Below, in pieces: positions 13,495 to 27,274 of a stretch of DNA of 64,000 nt. Below the pieces are notes generated by a model. It saw only the letters and a list, made by a program, of their open reading frames with translations, searched no databases and was not told the origin of the DNA. Numbering within the stretch: the first letter of the stretch is position 1; each line of letters begins with the position of its first letter. Origin of the DNA: the human T2T-CHM13v2.0 reference genome, Homo sapiens; the NCBI RefSeq assembly GCF_009914755.1, contig NC_060925.1, one strand, 5' to 3'. A program made the translations under genes and the position numbers.

Positions 13495-13790
13495 GGCTGG
13501 GTGCGGTGGCTCACGCCTGTAGTCCCAGCACTTTGGGAGGCCAAGGCGGGTGGATCACCTGAGGTCGGGAGTTCAAGACCAGCCTGACCAACATGGAGAA
13601 ACCCCGTCTCTACTAAAAATACAAAGTTAGCCAGGCGTGGTGAGGCATGCCTGTAAACCCAGCTACTCAGGAGGTGGAGGCAGGTGAATCACTTGAACCC
13701 GGAAGGCGGAGGTTGTGGTGAGCCAAGATCGTGCCATTGCACTCCAGCCTGGGCAACAAGAGCAAAACTCTGTCTCAAAAAAAAAAAAAG
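13495..13790 (+). mobile_element. AluSp-like
   Basis: cctgaccaacatggagaaacc and ggcaacaagagc diagnostics. Confidence 0.85.
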
Positions 13791-13829
13791 AGTTAGTAAA
13801 TTATTTCCCTTTTTTTATTCTTTATTATA

Positions 13830-14060
13830 ATGTTGAGTATCCCTAATCTGAAAATCTAAAATCTGAAATGCTCCAAAATTTGAACCTTTTTGAGCACCGA
13901 TATGATGCTCAAAGGAAATGTTCATTAGAGCATTTCAGATTTTGGATTCTTGGGTTAGGAATGCTAAGCTGGTGTACTGCAAGTATTTCAGAATTTAAAA
14001 AAATCTGAAATCTGAAACACTTACGATCCCAAGCATTTTGGATGAGGAATACTCAACCTG
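13830..14060. mobile_element. Tigger4-family MITE
   Basis: gttgagtatccc...actcaacctgta; homologous to 202-431 in opposite orientation. Confidence 0.8.
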
Positions 14061-15870
14061 TACTACTTCTATGTTTCACTTCAACTGAAAGGTCACTGAA
14101 AGCACACACCAGTTTTATAAATTGATGCTCTGTAATATACAGTGTATGATCCTACTTGTATTGAAAGTTTCATAGTTTTGAATGATGTTTGCTTTTGCAA
14201 ATAAATAAAAGTTTTAATTTTAGCCTCAAAACAATATACTTTATCCATTATTGTCAGATATAAATGCTATTCTCTAATGAATTGTTTTTATTTATATATA
14301 TAGTAAATATATTTTAATCCTCTTTCTTGGGTTCCCTCAGTAAGCTTTATCATTAGCATTATTTGTACCTTGTGAAATATTAGCATGAACCAGTAAATAT
14401 GAAATACCTTAAAATAACGTAAAAATCTTAGATAATATATAAATATTAATACATATGTCTGATTTGTGGATTTTAACTTTCATAAACTTTTAATATTAAA
14501 ACTTAGTTATATGTTTCACACTGTATTTAAAAATTATTTACTGTCTATATTTCTCTTTTTTATGCTGACAGTCTAGTATAGAGATGGATTAACAGTAGGA
14601 AGAGTTTAATATTACAAGAACAAAGGAAGCAAAACAGCAATTTGGAAAGTTTAGGTGTGTATACTTACATGTATGCCATATTAAACTCATGGTTTCTAGA
14701 TGATATTACACATTTTTCTAATATTGTATAATGTATTGAAGATACTTCAGTATGGTAGGTATGATCCTTTCAGGACTCTGCCCTGTTTTTGAAACTTACA
14801 TGGATCTCAAGTGAGTGACTGAGTGAGTGAGTGATGTCTGTTCTTGGCTGCCTATTATGTATTAGGATTCTACAGATAAAATATGTAGTCCTGACTCTCA
14901 AGAAGCCCACAGTGCAATGGGAAATACAAAGAAATGAGTTATTTCAAAACAAGGTGGCCCATGTGCTGTAATATGCTGATCCCTGGTTTTATTATTAATA
15001 TCTAATTATTTGAAATTATTAATTGCTGAAACCACTAATAATTCTATAACAAGAATGAACAGAGAAGAGTCAGAACTCTTAGCAGAGGCACTGTCTCTGT
15101 AAGGGATTCAGGGAAAGCTTAGAGCAGGTGACATTTGAGTTCGTTTTGAAGGATGAATACAAATAAAAGTAGCTTTTTAGGAATTGAACACTGGTATGAG
15201 ATGTATTACAACCAAGAATATGACTTACCTAGAAGTATAAGTTTCATCAAGCATTTGTTAAATTGGAAGGAATGATATAGTAATTCTGCATATTTATTAT
15301 AAAGAACACATTCCCAAATAATAGAATAAAAACATACATTTTAATAGAAAAATTAAGTGCTTTTACATAAACATCCTATTTTTTTTAGAATTATATGCGC
15401 TTATTCACTCATTTACTCATTTATTCATTTACTCAAAGATAGTAGATGCCATAATTTTACAAAGATAATGTCCAGGAGTCCAGGCCTGCCACTTAAAACT
15501 AACCTTAAAGAAGTCCCCTCTGAGTCCTAGATTCTCTTGGGGTTGATGTGAGAATTTGGTAAAACTGTTAGGGAAAATGCTTTCTAAACAGAAAGAGATA
15601 TATAAATGGAGGATGATATTAACACATTATTAGGCTTTTAAATACTGAACCTCTGACTTGTAATGAAAAATATTAATGTTAAAGTATGAAAATGTCTTAT
15701 AATATGTATAAGTTTTCCTAAATATTTGAAATTAGAGTTTCCATATAAAATAAACCATAAGAAAGTGGAGCTCAAATGTTCAAATTCAAAAATTGGAATC
15801 AATTACTACGCATTTAGGAACATTAAATTTGCTATAAACATATTGCTTTGTCTTCTAAGTATTTAACATT

Positions 15871-16084
15871 AGAGGTTGAATATCCCTAATCTGAAAGTCT
15901 GAAATACAAAATGCTCCAAAATTAGAAACTTTTTGAGCACCAACATGATGCTCAAAGGAAATATACTCATTAGAACATTTTGGGTTTTGGATTTCAGATT
16001 AGGGATGCTCAACAAGTAAGTATAATGCAAATAATCCAAAATTTGAAAAAAAAAATCATTTCAGGTAAAGGATGCTCAACTTGT
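15871..16084. mobile_element. Tigger4-family MITE
   Basis: ggttgaatatccctaatctg...gatgctcaacttgta. Confidence 0.75.
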
Positions 16085-17285
16085 ATGAGTTACCTGATTA
16101 TTACTTATTTCTGTTCTATAGTATAGTTGCCCAAGTAGTTGCTATGTTTAAAATACATATTTGCCAAGTAAGTATCTTAAAATAACATACTTTTAAATGA
16201 CTTAAGAGATGAAGAACAATTTGTTTGTCAAAATGACTCGCTTGAGGTGAGGGATAACTATGGCTTTAAAATTTCTTAGCTGTGTTAGTCATCTCCTAGT
16301 AGATGTTAACTTGATAATTTCAATGTACTTTTATCAACAGTACCATCTAAAAAAATTTGAAGTCATACCTTTAAAATCTGGTGAACCTCATCTTTGCCAA
16401 TATCAGAGCTGAGATTAATTTTTGTCATTTGGTTAAACATTGACAATTATAAAGGAAAAATGAGTAATACTGAAGATATAATTTTATGGCTACATCGCTG
16501 ACTATAATGATACAGTAATTTAGGAATTAGGGATAGGAAGAACACAGGCTACTAAGGAGTTCAAGTCTTAACATTTCATTTTAAGCTTCTAAATAGTTCT
16601 GCCTACCTATCAGCAGCTTGGAATGAAATCTGAACACGTCTGCAACTTTTGCATGCATTCACAGCCCTTGTTTTCTCTCTCTTTTTGACAGCTGCTCAAG
16701 AATACTCTTAACATGATCAGTTTTCGATTTGTCTGAATTTGAAATGACTTGGTTTTAAGGAATGGTTGAGATCTAGTGTTCTATTGAATCACTGTGTTAT
16801 TTGCATTTAAATTTCTTGTAATATATTAAAATATTGGTGAAATAACACAGTGCCTGAGATTTGGTTTAAAAATCCTACAAGCCCCCACCAAAAATAAACA
16901 GACAAATAAATTGCTGTGATAAGGCCTTATTCATTATTGAAAAACATTCTGCTTCGGTAAAATTATCTCAAATTTGTATCAAACCTCATGATTTTGTATG
17001 ACAGATTTAAAAATGGAAATAGGGCAATGAAATGTCTTTTATGAAAGTAAATTATTTGCTCAGAGTACGATCTTCTAGAGCATGATCTTCATATGTAATA
17101 ATTCAATATTAAATATATAAGTAATATATTATGACAACTAAAACAATTTTGTTTTTTTATATGCAAGTATTCAAGTAATAAATTTCCTATAGCAAACAGG
17201 TATAATTCATACCATCCATTATTTTTGTTTGTTATCTGATATAAGGATTTTATTGGCCCAAATATGGGGAAAAAAAACAAAAACC

Positions 17286-17580
17286 TTTTTTTTTTTTTTT
17301 GAGACAGTCTTGCTCTGTTGCCCAGGCTGGAGTGCACTGGCACTATCTTGGCTCACTGCAAGCTCTGCCTCCTGGGTTCACGCCATTCTCCTGCGTCAGC
17401 CTCCTGAGTAGCTGGGACTACAGGTGCCTGCCACCATACCTGGCTAATTTTTTTGTATTTTTAGTAGAGACGGGGTTTCACCATGTTAGCCAGGATGATC
17501 TCGATCTCCTGACCTCGTGACCTGCCCGCCTCGGCCTCCCAAAGTGCTGGGATTACAAGCGTGAGCCACTACGTCCGGCC
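17286..17580 (-). mobile_element. AluY-like
   Basis: caagctc/gttcacgcc/ttagccaggatg diagnostics. Confidence 0.85.
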
Positions 17581-18761
17581 AAAAAATACCTTTTTAACAG
17601 AGATATTTGCTCATAGAAGAGCCGAAGTTTGTTTTTGTTTTTATTTGATGTAAAATTGTATGAGCCATTCAATTTTTAGACCTATGGACTGAAGTTGGAA
17701 GAAATTTTAAATTACTGAGCTAATATAGTCTAGAACTGAAGTATTATAGCCCTTGAGAAAACTACAAACTGGAAATATAGAAGACTAGATATTCCTAGAG
17801 ACAGTTCATAAGAATTTGTTTTTCTTTGTGACTGGTTTGATATGAGAATAGAAAAAAAAAGGGGGGAGGGTTTTTTTGTTTTTTGTTTTTAAAGTATTTT
17901 AGTTAAATGCTAGAAGAAGAAAAAGAAAAAAGAATAGTGGTGCCCTTATTTCTAATAAGATAGTTACTAGGAATTGTTTATGAAAATCATAAACTTTTCT
18001 TTGTGAGAAATTAATGAGAAGTAGGTAATTTTTTTTCTTTTTCATCCATTTTAGTATCATATATACCTATTTCAGTAAGTTTATATGTCATTCTTTTGAG
18101 CTTGTGCTCCCATATTGGGGTGCAAAGATGTCTATAAGAACATTGTAAATTCAACAATAGGCTATTTTACTTTAAATTTAAACAGTAATATTTACTATCT
18201 CTCTTGAGTTCTCTCTCTCTTTTTTGTGGGGGTGAGGGTAAATAAACAGATAAATCTAAAGTAGTTGCTTTCATAATCTAGTTCCCTGGAGTTCTATAGA
18301 GTAGCATTCTAATGTCACCTCTAGGATGGAAGAAAGAAGCTGGTCTGACTCCAGGAGTCCTCCCTCCCAGCTTCAGCCTGGGTAGCATACTTTCATCTTT
18401 TTTACACACTGGGAATTTCTGTCAGATTTTCTTTGTTTTCATAGGATTCTTCAGTCCTAGGGGAAAAAAACAGAAAACTATTAGCCTGTGTGGTCTCTGA
18501 GGATGCTATCAGTTCACACACTTTCATTCAGCATTAAATAAATTCGGATAGGCCAACCTGCATAAATTGCTGTCAGCATAATGAAGTAGAAAGAGAACTT
18601 GTGTCCAAATCATCAGTCAAATGCCTGTGATGGTCGAAATGCACTTTAACCTCCCAGGTTATGTTTTCCATTTGTAAAATGCGATGATGTCCTTGCCTTG
18701 CTTACCATTCTGAGTTGTTTCAAGGTCAAATTTTTTATCATAGTTTCAATTTCAAGTTGGA

Positions 18762-18945
18762 TCCAGAGTCAGCAAACTTTTTTTTGTACAAATAAATATT
18801 TTAGGCTTTGTGAGCCGCATAAGGTCTTTTTCACATTTTTTTTTTACAGTCTTTTAAAAATATGAAAAACAGATTTTTAGTTTAAGAGCTTTTACAAAAA
18901 TAGGTCATGAGCCAGAGGCCCATGTACTGCAACGTGCTGGTCAGT
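18762..18945. mobile_element. MER58-like hAT MITE
   Basis: cagagtcagcaaacttttt...aaatattttaggctttgtgagcc. Confidence 0.65.
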
Positions 18946-19014
18946 GGTTTTATTATTAATATCTAATTATTTGAAATTATTAATTGCTAAAACCACCAAT
19001 AATGATATAAATTA

Positions 19015-19690
<676 letters not shown>

Positions 19691-19713
19691 TTATCTCTAC
19701 TACTATATAGTAA

Positions 19714-20040
<327 letters not shown>

Positions 20041-20305
20041 TGAAAGTCATTCAGAACTGGCTGTGTGGCCCTCTGGTTTAGTTCAATGATAAAGCTACAT
20101 TGTTTTGAAAACTGTTAATTTGACGTATATTCTATTAAATTTAATTCACCTACAATTGATAATGAACAAATTCAGTATGTTATATAAAAAACAAGTAGAA
20201 AGAAAATGGTGATGATCGTATAGTTTTTTATAATGTTCTTTAAAGCTCAGTTTCATGTGTTAATCCTTATTTTATGTGGAATTTATTATTATTATACCCT
20301 TTCAG

Positions 20306-20416
20306 CTTGTATGAGTTCTTCTATGAATAGTCAAGCTTCATTGGACAACACAGATGATGAACAACCAAAACAACCAATTAAAACTACAATGTTATTGAAA
20401 ATTCAGCAAAACATAG
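20306..20416 (+). CDS. ODR4: ODR4 penultimate coding exon (ACMSSSMNSQASLDNTDDEQPKQPIKTTMLLKIQQNI)
   Basis: ccctttcag| acceptor, TAG|gtattt donor; 111 nt, phase 1-1; core of ORF 20233..20424. Confidence 0.93.
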
Positions 20417-20982
20417 GTATTTAATTTTACTTCTTTTATAACACTGAAAACATATTTAGATTTGAGTTTTCTTGTTACTTTAAGATCTTTGTATTTCATT
20501 TCTCTTTCTTAAGATTGCTAGACTTAACAGTATTTATTGGGTATTATGGAAAGTACCAGGCCCTAGAGATAGGAAGATTTATAATTCATACATTGTCATC
20601 TAAGTGCCCTCAAAGATGACACATCCTATTAATTTTTAAAACGTTCTTAAAAGAAAAAGCTGCAGAGTTTTGGGAATCAGTTAATATAGTAGGGCTAATG
20701 TTTTACAAACGGGTGTTCTTAGAATTACTATTGCAGGAGATTTTGATAGGTGTTCTATGACAAACAACGTTAAATTCAAGTCAGGAATTTTATAATGTAT
20801 TTTTATATTTTAAAGGCTCTAAGAATTACTTTAACAGTTTTCAGAATTTTTGAACAAGGAACATGCAGACTATTGTTTAGTGGAGTAACAATTTGAGAAA
20901 TACTAAGTTTTAAGACTTCTGACTGAGAGTTAGGAGCCAGAAGATTTAATTGTAGTTCTTGTCATTCATTAGATAAATTTAA

Positions 20983-21295
<313 letters not shown>

Positions 21296-21769
21296 TAGAT
21301 GTACTAATTATTAGATTTTATAATGGTCGAACATGGACTTCTGCAGTTTTCAGTAGCTACACAAGTTACACAGGTGGCTTTATATTATAATGATTGAGAA
21401 CTACTGCCTACTGGAGCTGCCGTTTTCTTTTAACCTACGTAGCATAAGACAGCTGGTATGCCAATATAAATATTTATATAAGCCCTTTAAAGTGTTTGTT
21501 ATTTTTTCTCTTAGATACGTCTCAGTGCACATGTGTGCAAGAGAGATACTTTGTCCAACATTTGAAATCTAGTTTTTCAACTAATTGCTGTATTTTTCTC
21601 TAAGATGTTGCTGCCTTTTAGTATATACATATGTATGTCTATGTATGATTGTGTGTTTGTGTATTGTTTTTTAGGCCCATCAGTTACCCACATTTCAGAG
21701 CCTAGGATTAGTTTGGCCTTTCTTTTGCTCATTCCATTTTCATTTGTTCTGTGTTTGTTTTACTTTTAG

Positions 21770-21837
21770 GTGTGATTGCAGCATTTACAGTTGCAGTCCT
21801 TGCTGCGGGTATCTCCTTTCATTACTTCAGTGATTAG
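21770..21837 (+). CDS. ODR4: ODR4 last coding exon (GVIAAFTVAVLAAGISFHYFSD*), C-terminal transmembrane anchor
   Basis: tacttttag| acceptor; hydrophobic tail; TAG at 21835-21837. Confidence 0.93.
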
Positions 21838-24135
21838 GGTGAGGCACAAAGAGTTTCTTGATCATCCAGAGAACATTGACAGACAATTATGAATAATAAA
21901 GATGTTAACAATCCATCTGTATTTAAAACACTAGCAGCCAGATCTGCTGCCATGATGCCTATTTGGTGTGTTTCTGATTAAAATGAAATCACAAGCTGCC
22001 TTGTTTAGCCTGCTTTACATTGTAGGTGGCCCGCATTTCCAGAAATAACGTTATGCATCTAGATGGAAGCTGCATGTAACAAATCATTATTATCTATTTT
22101 TAAAAGCTTCAAAATGATGGGATATGATCATAGATTTTAGTCTTACTAATCTGAATCACATATTAATCAGGACATTAAAAACTTTAACAGAGGCATGATG
22201 GCTCACACGTATAATCCTAATGCTTTGAGAGGCTGAGGTAGGAGCATCACCTGGGGCTGGGAGGGAGTTGGAGACCAGCCTGGATGACATAATGAGATTC
22301 TGTCTCTACTGGAAAAAAAAAAAATTAGCTGGACATGGTGGCAATCAGCTCTAGTCCCAACTACTTGGAGGCTGAAGCAGGAAGATCACGTGAGCCCAGG
22401 AGTTTGAGGCTGCAGCGAGCTATGATCACATCACTGTACTCCAGCCTGGGTGACAAAATGAGACATTGTCTCTAAAATACATAAGTAAATTTAAAAAAAA
22501 AAGAATAATAATTTGAACAGTGAATGTTGATGTAACATCTTAATAATAGAGCACCAGAAAAATTTCTACCAAATGAGACAACAACTTTAGGATAAGTTCA
22601 TCCTCTAGGAGCTTTCTAATGTGCACTCAGTTCCTGTATACTGTGTGTTTTGTTCTGATCAAGGGGTAGGGAACCTTTCCAGAGAAGTCCCATTAGTAAG
22701 AAATGACATAAAATACGTGCTTTCTCAGGTTACTGTATAACTGTTATAATATATTTAATATATAAAATTAAGACTTTTGCTTCCAGCAAGTATGTTAGAC
22801 TAGATATTATAAAACAACTAGATCCTGAATAAAATCTGCTTTTAATAGGTTCACTGGAAGTAGGAGAATTTTCAAGAACCATACTTCGACATTTCCTCTG
22901 CCACAAAAAATGAACGCATTTTAAGTTAGGAGTCATGAATACTGTATTGACCATACAAGTGGATTATGGTTGTCTGGATGGCAGATACCAATAGCAACAT
23001 TGTCATATGCAGTTTGCCTCAAATCAGAAACAAGAAGACATCGGAATCTGAGATGCTGCCCTAGAGAGGACAGTTAAAGAAGGTTCAGTGGTCCTCAGTT
23101 TGCAGTGCTCTAGCTCCTGGCAGAAGCAAGAGGGAAACATTCCTAATTTAGTTCCAAGATTCCTACAGATTATTATCAAGTAGTAGTATTTTATGACTAG
23201 AGATCACAGGCACAAGTTGAAACAAACTAACATGACAAGAAAGCTATAGAAAAAATAAACATTGAACTCAGTTCTTCAAGGTTTCATCACCAACATAAGG
23301 AATGAAGTTGGAACCACAGGCAGATCTGAAAAAGAACCAAATAGAGCTCCTAAAAATGAGAAATATTTATTGAAATAAGAAAAAAGCCCTCAGACATGTT
23401 GAATATTTTATTAGACTCAGCTGAAGAGACAAGTGAACTAAACTATAAGCTGGATCTAAAGAAATTACCCAGTGAGCAGTGAGGAGAAACAAGGAGCTAG
23501 AAAACATTGGAAAGTTAAGAGAGTTCGAGGGAAGAATTATAAAGACTAGGAGTCCTAGAAAGAGAAAATTTAGAGAATAAAGGAGAGGCAGTACTTGAAA
23601 GATAACACAATTTTACAAATTTGTTGGAAAAACATGAATTCATAAATTCAGGAAGCACAATATATACCAAACATATATTTAAATAAAATCCAGGCCTAGA
23701 CTCAAGGTATTGTAAATGACAAGATACCAAATACAAGATTTTAAAAGCAACCATGGGGAGAAAAAGATCAGTGAAAGCAAGACAGTCAAATACTTAGTAG
23801 GCTTCCTAACAGCAACAATGTACCCAAAAGAGGGTAGAATTCTGAGAAAAACTATTAGCTTAGAATTTGCAACAAGCGAAACTGAAACAAACAGATGCTC
23901 AGATGAAAAACAGATGTTATCCTCAGCACAACTTCAGTAAAGAGACTACAAAAGGATGATCTTCAAGAAGGGAAATGATTCTAAAAGGATTATCTGAAAT
24001 TGAAAAACTAGTAAGCAAATAAATGATAAACATAAGTAAATTTAAACTGTTGTTTGTATAAAACAATTATAATGAAGTGTTTATAAGAAATTGTAAACAA
24101 ATGTAAAACTAAATAAACATTGTTATGCAACATTA
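21838..24135 (+). other. ODR4: ODR4 3' UTR (end uncertain) with candidate AATAAA signals at 21895, 22828, 23576 and 24112
   Basis: AATAAA hexamers seen directly; the true cleavage site cannot be determined from sequence. Confidence 0.5.
22191..22502 (+). mobile_element. AluJ in the ODR4 3' UTR region
   Basis: Diverged dimeric Alu. Confidence 0.85.
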
Positions 24136-24344
24136 ATAATGTGGAATTTTTAAATAAGGATATAATTGTAAAATTGGATAATAGCTGCTGGCTGGCAGAA
24201 GGGTGATTGGAATTAGAGTGGTCTGAGGTTCTTTTATTCAGAAAACTGGTTAAGATACTGTTTAACCTTAAAATTGACTATGTTATAATAAATATGTGTA
24301 GTCAAGAGTTCAAGGGTAACTGCCACAACAATAGATAGGGGATC

Positions 24345-24641
24345 GGCCAGGCACGGTGGCTCACACTTATAATCAGCACTTTTGGAGGCTGAGGCAGGCA
24401 GATCACTTGGGGTCAGGAGTTCCAGACCAGCCTGGCCAACATGGTGAAATCCCGTTCTACCAAAATACACAAAAATCAGCTGCGTGTGATGGCATGCGCC
24501 TGTAATCCTAGCTACTCTGGAGGCTGAGGTGGGAGAATCACTTGAACCGGGGAGGCGAAGGTTGCAGTGAGGAGATTGCACCACTGCACTCCAGCCTGGG
24601 TGACAGAGTGAGACTCTATCTCAAAAAAAAAAAAAAAAAAA
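24345..24641 (+). mobile_element. AluS
   Basis: Full-length Alu with polyA. Confidence 0.9.
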
Positions 24642-26149
24642 GATGATGAATCATTCCAAAGGAAAAGAAATTTATTTAAAATACAGAATAGGTATGCAAT
24701 AACCTAGTACAAATAAAGAAAGAAATTATGGAGGTGGGTGGGGGGTGAAGTTAGAAAGTAAGATAATAACAAGTCTAATATTAAAATGAATATGAATAGA
24801 CAATTACCCAATTAAATGATAGCATTGGTCAGATTTTTTTAAAAACCCAACTAGGCTGTTTAAAATAAAACACCTAAAATATTAGACATGGGGAGGTTGA
24901 AAGTAAAAAAAAAATTTTTTTTAAATGAAGTAGGTAAATACTAAACACTTGTGTAGCTTTAGTGATATTAAATCACAATAATTAGATTTATGATATTAAA
25001 GATTGAGAAGGCCATTAAAAATAAAGGATCAATTTACTAGGTCTATATAATAATTTTCAGTGTGCATTCACCATATGAAATGGCCCCAAAATGTATGAAC
25101 TGAAGCAACAATAGGGCTGAAGCAACAAAATGAGCAATAATGGGAGATTTCAACAACTAATTAATGATAAAGAATTAGTGAAAGCATTTTAATGTAATTA
25201 ATACTGATTCAATAAACATTTAGAATAATGTATTAAACAATTAAAGAATATTTTTCTTAAGCATTGTATATTAGCAAAACTGGACCCTGTATTTTAAGCA
25301 TGAGGCAAGTCACAAAACATCAAATAATTGGTATTAAATGGATAATCAGAAGCAAGTAGAGGTCAGTAATAAAGGTTAATTTTTTTTAAATATTACATTT
25401 ACATGTTTAGATCTTCACAGAGGAGAAAAAGAAATACTTAAAGCCTAGTTACAAGTAATATATATTTTTAAATTGGGTATTGTAGCTGAAACAGCACTTT
25501 GAGGGAAATGGCTTTAAATGCTTAAGGGAAAAGACTAAATGTGCAACTTAGAAAAACAATAGCGAAAGCAATGTAGAAGCAAGGAAATACAGGAAAGGGA
25601 ATAAATCAATGAATTAGAAACTGATAAAGAATTATATGTTAAAGTTGTTATCATGACAAACAGTAAAACGCATAATTGAACAAGATGAAACGGGACACAA
25701 AGATTGAAAAAGGGGTCCAAATCCATTGATAAAGCAGGGATGAAAAGGTGACTACCAGGAACATCTTAATGCTAATGTATTTGAAAACTTAGACAAAATA
25801 GACCAAACTCTAGAAAACTGCAATTTACTTAAATTGGCTCAGGAAGAAATAGAAAAGCTGAATATACTTATTCATAGGTTGAATAGTAAACAATAATTAA
25901 CTTTTTGACAAGACCTGGCACAGGTCTTTCAAGGGGGGTAAAATTCTAACATTTTATACAAGCTCTTTCAAAAATAGCTAATGAGGGAATACTTGCCAGC
26001 ATATTGTGTGAGGTTGATATAACTTACTGATATTAAATCAGAGACATTCAGTAGGAGAAAAGAAAATTACAGGCTGATAGCACTTACTAACACTTGTAAA
26101 GTCAAAAGCACTATTAATAAACTTTGACAAAACAGTGCATCATGACTAA

Positions 26150-26517
<368 letters not shown>

Positions 26518-27274
26518 ACCACTTCTATTTATCATTGTCCTGTAGAAAAATAAGCAAATGACAAACCAGGTATTTTCAGAGGATATGACTGAACACATGA
26601 AAAGAAGTTTTACCTTGTAAGTGATTGGCTAATTAAAACCATAATTAATAACATTTTACATTCAATAGATTGAAAAATTAAGGAATACAACAATACCAAT
26701 AAAGATGATGTGCCTCAGTCTTTCACACTGCAGATAGGATTTTGAACTGATAGACTCTGAGCTCAGAAAGCAATTTGGCACTATCTCTTAGAGTTAAGAA
26801 TTCACGTACACTAACCATTCTACCTCTACATAAATGCCTTAGAGAAATTCTTGGATATGTGTACCTCAAGAGTACACATGTGAGAATGCTTGTGGCAGCC
26901 CTGTTTTTAATTACTCAAATGTCCGTTGACAACAAAAAACAAATTACGGGTTTTGTAATTTTATTCAGCAGGGAGAATGACCTACATACAACAACCCAGA
27001 GTAATCTTAAAAATGATAAAGCAAGTCTCAGAAGTCTACATACAGTATGCTACAGTTTTTATAAAGCTATAAAAGAAACCTAAACTGTATTATGTAGGAA
27101 TATGTATATTTGTGATAAAACTTTTTCTTTTAAAGGAGTCATAAAACTCAGGATAGTGGCAAGGTGTAACACATGAATACATAAAACAATATTAGTGATA
27201 CTTTCGTTCTTGAGTAATGGGTTTCTTGATCTTCATTTCATTTACTTAATGGCACTAACATAAATTTTGGGTGG

